Shown here: one piece after another, positions 1 to 13,116 of the stretch
Numbering within the stretch: the stretch's first letter is position 1
Layout: each line of letters begins with the position of its first letter
Assembly (NCBI GenBank): GCA_032718475.1
Contig: JAUCBJ010009097.1
Coordinates: forward strand, 1-64,000
Direction: 5' to 3'
DNA: 64,000 bases
DNA from: Nemertoderma westbladi
Lineage: Eukaryota > Animalia > Xenacoelomorpha
The notes under the pieces: model-generated
Seen by the model: only the letters and a program-made list of their open reading frames with translations
Told to the model about the DNA's origin: nothing
The model's database searches: none
Made by a program: the position numbers and the translations under genes

Positions 1-273
1 CAAAACGGGTTTTGGAACAACCGCTACCATGAAGGGATGTAAGATTTTTAGTAAAAATTTCGATGCAAAAAGATGACATTCTTTACAAACACGCTCTCTA
101 ATTTTACCAATTATGGAAGGGCAGTAGAGGTCGTAAGGTAAGATTTTAATGGTTATCATTGGAAGAGGTAATAGTTTAACAGTAAACACGTTAATAGTAT
201 ACAAGTATACACATTATGTATTTAATATATATACAGTAATTTTATCGGAAACTTATAATGTGACGTCACGATA
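1..273 (+). repeat. Interior of a dispersed MITE-like repeat; serves as the empty-site copy for the element B insertion
   Basis: 1-273 aligns almost base for base with 21119-21346 joined to 35445-35485 (…tttaatatatatacagtaattttatcggaaac…), i.e. the same repeat without the LTR element. Confidence 0.85.
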
Positions 274-825
274 GGCGTTGACCGGGGGGGTCAACCCCTC
301 CTAAATCCTTTAGGGGGGCCCCCCCCCCTAAATCAGATTAAAAAAAAAATTTGTAATAAACTATTATATTATGAAGGTAATTTATTGTAAATCATTCAAT
401 TATTAATTTTAATCAAATTATGAATTATATTGCAATATATGCATATATGAAATTATTAATTAACATTATAATAGTTATTCAATCAGCCAGGGACTGATTC
501 TATCCTCAATAGACAGAATTGGAACTGGTAGCTCGACTTCTTCCAATGGCTCCTCAATTCCATCAAGATCAACTTCTTCTTCGTTCATCCATTCTAACTC
601 TTGTCGAGCAGTTAGAACCATTAACTCTCTTTGCCGTCGTGCGGCTACTCTAAGTGGTCGCTGTCGAACTAGTGGAATATCTAGTGAAAGTGGAACTTCT
701 GCTGGTAGGCACTGTTTTTTATGGAGTTTTGCAGATTTGTTTGATGCATGGTACTTTTTACAATTCTTGCAGCAGCGCATGGTGAGTTCGTCTTCAGAAA
801 AACTGCTTAGGAACCCGTCATAGGG
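274..825 (-). pseudogene. 3' end of a DNA transposase remnant (Zator-like C-terminus), cut off by an LTR at 826
   Basis: ORF 475..780 extended upstream reads PYDGFLSSFSEDELTMRCCKNCKKYHAS..H (PYD..R.C..C..Y.AS..H pattern, recalled from Zator-type transposases). A GG-starting G/C-run end lies at 274. Family assignment is from memory, not a search. Confidence 0.4.
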
Positions 826-1690
826 TGTTCGCGCTTTTAGACCTTTAGCAGTTTAACCTGCCAATTTTACTAGTTGTCCTCTTGTTTATAAATCGACTTT
901 AGCCTATAACAATTATTTATTGTACTGAAATTACATCCGCCGAAGCCAGTCTGTGCGCGATCATTCACCCACAGTTAAGGGAGACTGGATTCGGATGCCT
1001 TGAAAGTTATTGCGGTGCAGACCTACTGTATTATTCGATTGATTGTTACTATATAATCTCTGACAAATATGTTTACTTTCGGGGAAATATTAACAGTTCC
1101 TTTAGGACGTGGCGCTTTAAGTATAAAAACAGAGTTATGACTTATACTAATCACAACGAGATGGCTACTGAGTTTCGTAAATAGCGCATTCTTTAGGAGA
1201 TGCTTTATTATCTGTCACACTACTTCACACTACTTCACACTACTTCACACTGATCTGCCGACCGTCACTGAATTTGATCATATATAAGGAGGATCGCAAC
1301 TGACACATGTAGGGATTATGAAATAGCATTTAATTCACACAAAACCACTATAATGTAAGTCGCAATTGCTACCGGTAACCGATTCCTCTTACCTTCAGTA
1401 ATCAAGAAGATTGGGGGTTTTATGATTATTTATCGGTATTCTCCAAATATATCAGCAATATACATCAATAAAACGACAATTAATAACAGACCGTAAACAG
1501 AAGTAAAATAATGCGGTGAAGTGCAGTACTGCAGGTAATAGATTTACGTTCTTATAATCAAAGCCATCAGATGTTTAGGCCAAAGTCTGAAACTTCTATT
1601 ACAGAAGTACAGAAGAATTCCAAGCCAGTTCTAGAGGCTCAGAAAGGTAAACAAAGACCGTAATGCATTGCGCTGGTTTCCGTAGGCCCT
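826..1690 (-). mobile_element. Partial LTR related to the element A LTR family
   Basis: Starts tgttcgcgcttttagacc and is collinear with 3741-4500 and 36781-37700. Similarity fades near 1690; no clean second end or TSD found. Confidence 0.75.
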
Positions 1691-3047
1691 TGTCAAACAT
1701 AAAATGAAAATCGCAGCACTTCTAGTAGTATGAGCTATTGTTGATCTATTTGGTCGTAATCCATTGGGGTTATGATTGACTGAGTGGTTTCATATTATTA
1801 TAACTTTTATTGGGCACAACTTCGCAAAGTCGGCAATGGCGTCCTGGTGGGATCGAACTGGTGACCTCCGGGGTGGAAGTTTTACTCTTAGAGTTACTGG
1901 TGTCGATTCTCACACATTGTTTGATTACACCATCTCTCTTAAAACCCTTTACTGCATGGCGTTGTCAGGGAACAACATTAGCAAAAATCCTGATCAACTA
2001 TAACCAGTTAGGACAAGACACTTACTGTAATACATCATTTGAAAGCTTATTTAATTGTCTATCTAAAGACATTGTCCAATCAGCATCTTTTCTAATCTGC
2101 TGCCTTTTACATAGCTTATAGTAACAGATCAAAAACAAAGGTGTAACTCATTAAGATTTACCAAATGTTTGAGCGCCTCTCATTGGATAAACCACTAAAG
2201 CTATGCTCCTACGAAAAATCACGCGATTGGCCAATTTCATAAGGAAAGAGTCAATGCAAAAATTATGAGAATATGTCTTATACTTCAGGAGTAATATCAG
2301 TTTTTCCACTTGTTGTCACACAACAACGTCATGAGGAACTGGCTACATTTAATTTAGTTTTGGTACCTGTAAAGGTAATGGTATAGATAAGTACCTCCTC
2401 CGCAATGAAACTTTTAAGAATGTTTTTTTTAAGGTTGATGTGATATATTTAGGAATCTTTCTTGCTTTTCAAATGTTGTTATAGGCAACAACATTATGAG
2501 TACATGGCTAGTAAACAGTTTACAGAAAGGAACTACGCGATCTTAGAGTGCGGACCTGAACATCAGTTAATAAGTAGGTGGTCTATAATGATACATGATA
2601 TTATTATTACATTTACTTTTAAATGTTGTTGAATAGCAACATTATGAGACAATTCAGCTTAACTTTTTTGCATATATTAGAAGATAGATTTATTAGTGTT
2701 TTTCAGAATGTGTCGTTGACACTGAGGACTTCGACTTCGTGCCATCTAATTTTCGAAAAGAAATACAATCTTCAACTCACAATAGGTAAACCCCTCCAAT
2801 GACTACTAACTATTGCGGGAGGCAGGGGGGTGGGGACACAAACCCCATCTTGTCGAATTAATATCCCGCCTCAATGTTAAATTCTCAATTTAGGGAAAGG
2901 AGCAGGTTACAGTGGTACGTTATTCTAACCAAAACAATAAACGAAACTCATTACACACTAGTATGATAGAGTGCACTTATAATGTATAGAAAGGCGAGCA
3001 GAGAAAACTTTTCCACATGAGTGGCAACAAACTGCGCACCCAGGTGA

Positions 3048-3215
3048 ATGCGTCTGGGAGAACGTCCCGCCCCCCCCCCCTCCCCCAACCCCCCTCACTA
3101 TAGGGGCGTCTGGGAGAACGTCCCGCCCCCCCCCCCCTCCCCCAACCCCCCTCACTATAGGGGCGTCTGGGAGAACGTCCCGCCCCCCCCCTCCCCCAAC
3201 CCCCCTCACTACGCC
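3048..3215. repeat. Tandem repeat, 3 units of about 58-60 bp, C-run rich
   Basis: Unit gcgtctgggagaacgtcccg(c)ntccccaacccccctcacta repeated three times. Confidence 0.9.
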
Positions 3216-3740
3216 CCCTGCCTACAAAGGTTTTGATTACCACAGTAAGATGCCAATAATGCCAAATAATAGAATACTTTTTTTTACCAACTTCATAATA
3301 TCATAATGTTGTCAGAGGACAACATATAAATATTTATTTTTAGATAATAATCTCTACAGTACTTGAAATTATTGTAATGCACATGTACACTGTAAATGAT
3401 TTCCTATGGATCCGCAAAGAGGGGTGATTTTGCTATTTTATGAACTTGTCACTCGACAACATTGCAATTCAATTTTTTTTATCATAGTTTTAATATATGA
3501 TCATTATAGAACTGCTAAGAACGTAATTTAACTCATACTCTCTTTATATAGCTATTCCCAGTGTTTAACTGATATTTCAATAAACCCGTCCATGACGTTG
3601 TTGTGGAACAAGTTTATAACTTCTAAACGCATGAATATTTTTTAAAAAATTTTTTGAACGATGATACTGGAGCCAAATGTATGAAAAGTCTTTTTTCAAA
3701 TATTTGTTATCTTCAAAACTAAAATTCCATGAGGTAAAGG

Positions 3741-4895
3741 TGTTCGCGCTTTTAAGACCTTTGGCAGTTTAACCCGCCAAATCTATATGTCTTCTACGTT
3801 ATAAATCGACTTTAGCCTATGACAAGTATTTGACACAAATAAATCCAACATTAGCCGAAGCCAGTCTATGCACGACCATTCACCCGCTGGATATACCCGG
3901 GAGACTGGATTCGGATGCTTTAATTTGATTGCGGTGCAGGCCTACCGTACTATTCGATTGATCGTTAATATAATTCCTGACAAATATCATTCACTTTCGG
4001 GAAATATTAGCAGTTCCTTTAGGACGTGGCGCTCTATCTATATACACAGAGCTATGGCTTACACTAAACACAACGGAATGGATTATAAGTTACACATAAG
4101 GCGCATTCTTTAGGAGATGCTTTGTTACGCGGACAAGCACATACAGACTATTGCACACCGCTGCACACTGAATTGCCGATAGTCACTGATTTTAATCATA
4201 TATAAAGATAATAGCAACCGACATTTGTAGGGCCTATAAAATAGCATTCAATTCACTACAAACCACGATAATATAAGTCGCAATTGTTATATGTAACCGG
4301 TCTCTCTAACCTTAGTGTATCAAGAAGATCGGAGTTTCTGATCGTTTATCGTTATTCTCCAAATAACAATATGTAAACAACTGATACAATTAATAACAAA
4401 CAGTAAATAACAGTAAATAATGTGCAATACGTGCCGTACCGTACCGTACCGTACTGGTAACAGTTATGTGTTCTTATAATTAAAGCCGTTCTAATGTTGG
4501 AATAAAACAGAATAATTCCATAGCCGATGTTCATGGCATCAGGAAAACCAACACACTGAACCCTGTGAGCTGTTGCAGGTAGCTTTCAACACAAAGAGGA
4601 AAAGCTCTCATTGGCAGAGTTCCAGTTTCTATAAGTTCCATGAATGTCTAAATGCCAAACCTCCCTAGCCTTTGCAGCCCATAGCCAACACAAGGCTAAA
4701 TCGCTCTGATTGGTCGATCATTGTTCTGATTGGTTAATCGAACGGAACAAAGAGGCTACACAAGCACAGCAAATCAGCCAACCAGAGGACGGATTGTGCC
4801 ACTAGAAGCAACAGTTTAGAGGATTTGAGCGAATGGGGGAAAACTGGATTATTACGAATGGAAAAGGCCAGTTATATCCCCCAAAAGCTTTTACA
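3741..4895 (-). repeat. 3' LTR of element A (1155 bp)
   Basis: About 10 differences by eye from 17321-18476; ends tgttcgcg… and …ttttaca. Confidence 0.95.
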
Positions 4896-4979
4896 CCGCT
4901 CCCAGAAAATGGGATTTAATTCTATAAAATATAAAAAATCACAGTTTCTAAAATATAAAAATACTCTAAACAGTTAGTC

Positions 4980-6499
4980 TTTCTTACGCGGACGGCGTTT
5001 ACGCAGTTTTTTGAGGCTAGCAAGAGTCCTTTTCTCTTTGGGGCGAGCCACTTTACTAGGAGGGCTATAACTCCTGAGCGAAGGGTGCAATACAATTGCA
5101 TCAGAAGGTTAGGGTTACGGTCGGTGTCTCGTCCATTTCGATATGCTTCTCCTCGAGCTGATTTTCCTCCGCTTGTCGTTGGATGTGTCCGTCCAAAAAT
5201 TCTCGCGGAGAATAGGGTCGTCCAAGTTCGATAACTTCTTAGAGATTCTGGATTTCCCGATCGAACTGAGATAAAGTTACTTTGTTTACCGCTTGGACTT
5301 GCTAGTGCAATTTACGTTTATCCGAACAAGCGTAGGTTCCTTTTCTGATCTTTTGTAGAATAGCGTCTAACTCATTTGGTACAACGCTCTCCGCCACTTT
5401 GGTGACAGGTTATATCGTGTTAAGCCGGGACGATGGTAAGGGTTAAACGGGGATATTAAATGTCCGCATCCCAATCTGGCTACGTAGGATGGGCTAATAT
5501 CTAGGGAGCCCACAACCGGGGTGCCACCGACTAATTGTTCAGGTAACACTAGATCTTTGAACAGTGAGTACAGCTCGGGAGGATCCGTCATACTAATAGG
5601 ATCAAGAGTCTAAGGTCTCACTAGGGAATGAGGAGGTCTGATCGAGTATTCCGGAACTCTGATCATAGGTTTATTTAAGGATTGTTTGAATTGAGCGAGC
5701 GTAGGTGATACATCGAACAAGTTACGCTCAAAACTCCCGCAAGTATAGCGAGTAAAACCGTGTTTAGTGTTTAGCGTCTCCGCGGATGTTTAGGTCTTTC
5801 CGTTTGTTGGTTGGGTCTAGGGCATTCATCGCAATAATACCAAAGACGCACGTCTTGTAGGGGAAACGCGGGTGATATTTATTCGGTCTTACAATATTCC
5901 TCCATCTGTTCGAAGCTATCTGGGATGAAAGGTAGCGGTCGATCGGCGGTAAGATACATCATAGTGAAATAGAGCCATTGAGTTCTACCATGCGGTCATG
6001 ATGTATACCTTGAGGATATCGAGTTTCTAGATTCTGTTGACTGGTAATATTGAGGTATGTTTCTCTCAAGAATTCCAGATATTCGTTGAAGTCGCTGCGT
6101 TTATCCGGCTCTTCAACATCTGTCACTTTCGAGTCGGTTTCGAATAGAATTTTCGTATTCGAGTCTCAGTTTATCGTTCCGCTTCCGCTGGGTATGATAT
6201 TTAAATAAAACCATTTTCCTTTCGGTGTCTATATCGTCCGTATCGTGTAGGTCGATAGGATGACCAGTAGTTAAGAAGTCCATATACATACCATTACGAT
6301 GCGTATAGCGAGCGGTGAATTTTCTATAGTCCAATTCACGCGTAAGTTGCTCCTGGGACATTGGCGGTTCGATATAACGACCATCGTCCTTCATAGTAGT
6401 TGGACCAGCGTCGTCGCGTATCAAGCTATCAACAAACGCTTGTAAAGGTAGAGTATATCGCTCCCTGATACCAAGATCATCTTCTATCAACTCAATCAT
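4980..6499 (-). pseudogene. Disrupted accessory ORF of unknown function at the 3' end of element A
   Basis: Fragments 6113..6499 and 5367..5591 are collinear with 57751..58281 and 57487..57669 of the second copy, with stops and frameshifts at different places in the two copies. No domain recognised. Confidence 0.6.
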
Positions 6500-8466
6500 A
6501 TCTGCTATATAAGTTTATCCATATTATAATGAGTTTATATTTAGGCGAGCGGGCGTCGCTGCCTACCCCTCTCTGCCCCCGGACAGTGCGAGATCCTCAG
6601 TGCTGGTGTACTTTCGCCGATGTGCCTATCGCCAACGTCGTAGCTGCACAACGACTACAACAACCAGCACAAGTCACTCCACCGTCCGTCCCAAAGGCTT
6701 AGATATACTTCAGGTTCTTACTGGAGAGTTAGGGCTACTTTCACAATTGCGACTCGCTACTGTAAACACACCTTAGTAGTAACATTCACCTACAAACGCA
6801 CAAATTCCACGTAACTGTCACAAATTGTACACATTCTATCACACATTCGGGTCATTTGTCCGTTAGTCAAGTGCCTTCCAGAATGTCACGTTGTTATTAT
6901 GTATCCTTGGATACTAGCGGTGTGCTATTTATTCCGTATGCTATTCAATGGGCAAGCCTTTTATTGTTCTTTTAACTCGCTTCTAATTCTAGCGTGGTTG
7001 TTGCTATGGTGACATTATGGAAAGCTAGCGGTAGAATTAGGGTAATTCCCATGCATACAGATCTGGGATGCTATTTAATAGTAATTCTTTAATTGTCAAT
7101 ATCCTCTTTATACATGATTTTATGAATTTTATCGGCTATTGACTCTATATTGGAGATTCTCGCACACTAATACACTTAATAGGTGAATCTCCGCTCCCAT
7201 GATCTATTAATTAATGGAATTTTGGGAATATTATAAATTGTATAAAATAACAATTTATCAAATTCATTAAAAGATGAATTTAAATTTATTCCCGTAATTT
7301 TATTATTCAATATTAAAATAGACACAATTTTATTCCAGAACAAGTCTGGGGACTGGGATCCTTGATTCTAGGAATTTTGTCTTTTTAAGAGTATCGGTAA
7401 GTACTACGATATCTTAATCGACTAGAATGTTAAAGGATCTGAAATTTGACAGATTTTATAAATATTAATAGTTAATATTTAGGATGGGCACCGGTTTATT
7501 CCAGAACATGTCTGGGGACATTAACCACTGATTCTAGAATTTTGTCTCTCAAGTATATCGGTTGGTGCCGCGATATCTTAATCGACTAGAATTGCAGATG
7601 GTCAAAGGGTTTAACAGATTTATTTTGCGTTTTACGCTACTGTTAAAGGGACATCACGCTACTATATGTATTATTTAATATACGGTATGAGAGCAATATC
7701 GCACGAAGCAATGTCAGTGTGAAGAGGCAAGTCGTTTCCAAGGTCTACCCAGAGCTTGGTTTAGCCGAGACACGAGGATCTGAACTTTGCATTCCTAATA
7801 CTCTGCTTACCAATAATACTTAAATATAGTAGGAGCTTTATTGTACTTTAATAAGTACGGATATTTCATCTTACTGTAGTCACGTATTTATAATATGATA
7901 CGGACAGTAAGGAAAGAGAAAAAGAATTATTTCTCGCCGTCGCACTAAATATAATATATAAGTAATTAAGTAATAAACACTAATATATTGCACTAATCTA
8001 CTAAATAATCGCTAAATAACATTTGACTAAATAAAATTAAAGAAAACGATTATAATAAAATTACATAATAATACATACATAATATAAAATAATAAAAATA
8101 AATATAAAATAATATAGTCACACACCCACTCCGTATGTTGTTACGTTATGGAGTCCCTAGATATTTGTTGGATTAGGGAGGTGGTCGTGGGAAGAGTATC
8201 TTGCCTTCCATAGTTTCCGGACAGTTTTCGGTCTCTTTCCAGTAAACATAAACGACCAGCTGGGCGATTGAGTGGTTGTGTTACTTTCTCCGCTCCCTTG
8301 GCCTGTCTAATCTTCGCCGGGGTAAGATGAGGAGGCCATTCATCTTCTTTATTTAGGAAGTCGGGTCCACCTAACCGGTCTGGAGTATCTGTCAGTTCTT
8401 GAGGAGTTGCTCCTCTGGAAGCGATGTCGGCTAGATTAATCGTCTCGGGGCAATGTCTCCATTGAT

Positions 8467-11400
8467 CTACATTGGAGTAATATCGTCATTATCTGAGGAG
8501 TATGGTGTTCCCTCAGTTGGGTCGTCAACTTCACTGCTCTCCACTTCCCATTTACTTAATTGATATACCTGTTCTTTTGGTAATCTTTCCATTAGAGTTC
8601 TACGTGAAGGGCCAGTAAAGTACCAACCTACTCTAGTTCTTCCCGCATAGACTTGTAATGGTTGCGGTTGAGCAGGCCGTTTCTCCAATGTCTCGAGCGC
8701 CTCATGCGCATTTTGACCGATGAGTATTTGCACTCCAGGGTAATCTGTGTTGAATCTAGGTATATCAAACTGCTGGGTGAAATCGTCCTCATCCCAGTTA
8801 TAAGGTTCTACTTGGCTGGTAGCGAAGTTCTTTATCGCCACCATTTTTACTGACCTTATGCTGTGTTCTCCTAGTTCATCCTGGGGGGTGGACAATGCAC
8901 CTACATAATAATCTGCGATTACTGTAGATTTCCAAACCGGCATAATTCCTGACATGTTTAACTTAGTTCGGAACTTGGGTTGTCCAGCAAAGATGTCTTC
9001 GGCTAGTTCTTTGTCGATGAATGTTCCTGTGCTACCGGAATCAAGGGGGGTGTTCACTATATAACTCCTTGTAGGTCCGTGGACCCTTAGTTGTACTACA
9101 GGAAATTCTCGGATTCCTACATTGGAAGTTGGTGCTTTCCAAGATGGTTGTCGGTCAGAAGTAGTTGGGGGGAGCTCGCTGTTGGTGTCCTTTTCATATG
9201 TAAGTGCTCGATACACTGCGGTATTTGTCAGGTAACAGGATTTGTTTTCGTCGGAGAATTCGTCCGTATAGAATCCTTCCATCTCAGAATATTGGTCAGT
9301 GTCGTTCACATCACTGAATTGGACATGTAGTTCGGGCTCACTTACCTGACTCGGGCTGTTTCGTTCGAATTCCGTGTGCAACAAGATATGATGTATTGCG
9401 CCGCACTTTGCACACCTCGCGTCGGAGTAACAGGTTCGCCGTTGGTGTCCTCGTCTGAGGCAATTATAACACAACCGCTTATCCCACATGACTTCCCGTC
9501 TATCCTTTAGTGATTTCCTTAGGAATCCATCACACACATTCAAACGGTGGGGCCCGTCGCATAGCACACATTTCGGTTTGATGTTACTTACCTTATTTTG
9601 AATAACATTGTGCACACTCGTTCTTTCTTCGGGCTTTCTCGCCTGAATTCTCTTGGGAGACGTAGGAGGAGTTTTTCTTATCTGTTCTCTCCTGTCATTG
9701 GTTCGAGACTTGAATTTACTTACCTGTTCTTTAGGCGTTTTATTGACATAATAAGATCTTTCAGTGTCTTTCCCGCTATCCTCTCCTTGAGAAGTCTGGC
9801 TTTCGCCGTCGTCGGTATAACACACTGGTGTTACCTTTCTCCTAGAAACAGGTTTCTCACTTACCTTACTTTCCGATGTCTTCTCTCTGGACTGCTTTAT
9901 GAGCTGTAATTTCACTTCGCCATCCAAGAATGACATGAGATCAGCCATGGTAGGGTCTCGTCGTTGTTGTTCCATCATATATAACACTTTCTTGTCCCAG
10001 CGTGTACCTACTCCACCCTTCGGTAAAGTAGAAGCCACTGCTCTAATAACCATAGCACTCTGATACTCATGAGACTTACCTAGCCAATCTAATTGTCGGC
10101 AGATCTCCTGAATCTCATCGGAAAACTCTATAATCCCGCTGCTAATAAACTTTCGGGGCGCTACCAACTTTGCATACAAATACCCAGCTATGTTATTCCT
10201 ATTACCATACCTGAAGTTTAGGGTATCCCAAACTTGCCTTAATCCGTCTGGATGTCCAATAAACTTTAACGCCATTAACTTGGGATATCCTTCCAAACAC
10301 TCGATGAGGAATCTAAGTTTCTCTCCGTTAGATAGCACAGAGTTCTGTATGTTATCTTTGTAATATTCATTAAAAGGTAACCATTTCATCTCATCTCCAT
10401 TGAACTTGACGATCTCTCCCATCTTTACCGCTTGACGGGCTTCGGTTCTAGCCACTTGACGCGTAAAACTTTCTTGGGCCATCGTATTATTTAATATCGA
10501 GTTATCGGTATATAAATTTCTCGGATTATTATCAAGTCTATATGGAATATCAATGTCAACAGGTTTATAATTACCCTTAATAGGGTATACTTTAGGAGTT
10601 TCTACTTCACTAGCAGTATAGATGCGTGTAGGCTCCACACCTTGCGCATGAAATACTTCAGACCTAACAGGTTGACACATTGTTACAGAGGGTGGTGGTA
10701 TACCCTTTTGTAAATTTACTAACTTATCGGGTTCTGACGCGATACTTTGCTGCACTTCTTGCAACTCTAACCTACTTTCCCTTACTGTGCCCTTGAACTG
10801 CTTAACAGTCTCCTGCATCTACCCGAGCAGGAGATCCATCCCCCGCCGTCTCTCATCCACCCATTCGACCGCCGAAGCAGGAGTCGCCAACGTTGTAGCG
10901 GGCGGACGAGGGACAACGGGCGACAAATCATGAATATTTCGCTCGGAGTCCAGGACATGAACTGTCTCATGGGCTGTTCTGCTGGGCACAGGTAGCTTAG
11001 TGCTGTGCAGAGGGAATTTAGAGGTAGGTTCTGGGAGCACAGGTGTCTCTATCACTGAAGGGGTGATTTCAAGAACAGGCCTAATTATTTCAGGCTCATC
11101 TACTATAGTAGGGAGTCTTTCTATTTTAATTATTTGGTCTGTGGGTTCTGCACTACCTAAGTCTGTGTTAGTTAGTTGCCTTCTAACAGCTGGGGGCAAA
11201 TCAGGCAATTTGTGACGGTGAGATGTTCTTCTACGCCTACTTAGACGAGATCTATTTCCTCCGCCTTCAGGATCGGTGGTATCGCCTTCCTCAGATGATG
11301 TATATCCCTGTCTTTTGGGAGTAGATCGACTCATCATCTGCATATTACTAGCTGTTAATTGTTTATTTATGCAGTCTTGATTCTCCTGAATGTTTTCCAA

Positions 11401-12831
11401 TTCTAATTGGGTGGTTTCTTCAGAAGCTCTCCGTTCTGCTTCTGCTACTGCCTCTGCCGCTGCCGCTGCCACTGCCGCCTTTCTTTCCGCTTCGGCCACT
11501 GCCGCTGCCGCCTTTCTTTCCGCTTCGACCGCTGCCGCTGCCACTTTTCTTTCCGCTTCTGCCTCTGCTGCTGCCGTTGCCGTTGCCGCTGCCGCTTTTC
11601 TTTCCGCTTCTGCCGCTGCCACTGCTGCTGCCACTGCCGCTGTCTTTCTGTCTTCTATACGTTTTTTCTTTACTTGTTCTTCTTGGACTCTAGTGATGCG
11701 GAGTTGTTCATCAAATTTAGCTTGGTTCACAGCTATCATATCCGCATCGATTGCGTCCAACACAAGCTTGGTTCCTTCACTATTAGGGCTAAGTCCCTCC
11801 AGCCTTCTCCTCAACTCTTCATCACCTAAAAAGCGTTGATAGTCTGACAGATAGATGTCAATGGCATCCCTCTTATGCGGTTTCTCTGCTGTCGCTTCAC
11901 TTTCCACTTGGGAAAAAGTAGCGTCTGTGCGCTCATCCAGCTGGGCTTTCCACTGAGCCGTTCCTTGAACCTGGAGACTCACCCGTTGAAACCAAGTCTT
12001 TACGGCAACTTGCAGCGACGTGTCTTGTCTTCTTTTAGAAGCCTCCTCAAAGGCCGATAAGATTAGCCTGATTCGCAGAATTCTTTCTCTAACTTGATAA
12101 AGCAGCTGTCCCTGCTCTTGAAGTCCTTGGGGTTGTTGAAACAGTTGTTCCTTTAATCGCTCCATAGAGCTGAAGAATCCCTGTACGTATCCGGCTGCGG
12201 ACCTCTTCCACACAGCTGGATCGATGGTTTCCTTGGTTACTCCCATCCTGTGTATGTCTTCCCAGGCAGCTTCTGATAAATCAAACGGGAGTCCGGGTCC
12301 GGGGAAGTTCCATTGCGACTCGACAATAGACTTCAGTTCTTCCCTTGTGTATCCCGCATAACTATCTTTAGTCGATCGCTTATTTCTCGCCCAATCGATC
12401 TGGTGTTCTTCCACTGCAATCAATAACCTAGTGAGTACGGCTGCAGGAAGGATGAGAAGGGGATCCGAATAAACCGCATACGTCATCTTTGCTCCGCGCT
12501 CGTGTGTCAGCTCCACAGTATCCTCACTACTGGAGCTGCCGGGCCGCTGAGAAATAAGTTCTAGGCTCGCGGGTAGTTGCTGTTCTGCTGCTTCTTGGTC
12601 CCGCTTGACCTGAGCTCGAGTGCCTATGATAGACCTACGGTGCTTCACTAACTTCGCAAATTGCGAAATTGCTTCTACTAACCTAGGTTCTGATACTACT
12701 ACTGGAGGGATGATCTTTCTTACAGTAGGAGGTGAGCTGAATTTCGATCTCAAACGTTCCACACTCCTATCTGGGTCACAGATGGTTGTATCTAGGAGAC
12801 TGTCTGACAGGTTTTGCTTTGTGTCAGACAT
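8467..12831 (-). pseudogene. BEL/Pao Gag-protease of element A, split by an in-frame stop
   Basis: ORFs 10819..12831 and 8467..10818 are in frame across TAG. Features: DUF1759-like KFNGDEMKWLPF, zinc knuckles CVLCDGPHRLNVC/CYNCLRRGHQRRTC/CAKCGAIHHILLH, protease LDSGSTGT, Ala/Glu coiled-coil repeat. Confidence 0.9.
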
Positions 12832-13116
12832 GTTTGTTTGTACAGTTGAATGCCTACTGCTATGTTACAGTTAAAGCAAGTCTAGTAATTCAGTATCTAC
12901 TGTTAGCCTAGTAATTAATTACCGATACTGCTACTCAGTGTAGCGTGATATATATATAATATATTAGAATACCGGTATGCTTATAGTATATATAAGTATT
13001 ATTACAGACTAGGTTTGTCACAGAATACCGGTAGGTAATTTCAGCACAAATATATATAAATATATAATAGGCCTATCGTGAATACCGGTATGCAGCTTAC
13101 ACTTATAGTATATATA

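Noticed and set aside
826-2111. Complete solo LTR ending at ttttaca 2111
   Set aside because: The sequence between about 1690 and 2100 does not align to the family, and the flanks taggg/tagct match only 3 of 5.
10819-10821. Programmed stop-codon readthrough in element A gag
   Set aside because: Copy C has AAG (Lys) here and its own stop elsewhere (61588-61590), so these are independent nonsense mutations.
11390-11839. Antisense Ala/Ser- or Cys/Arg-rich ORFs (also 23963-24463, 27107-27841, 46782-47018)
   Set aside because: Shadow frames of gag/pol repeats or of the (CGA)n microsatellite.
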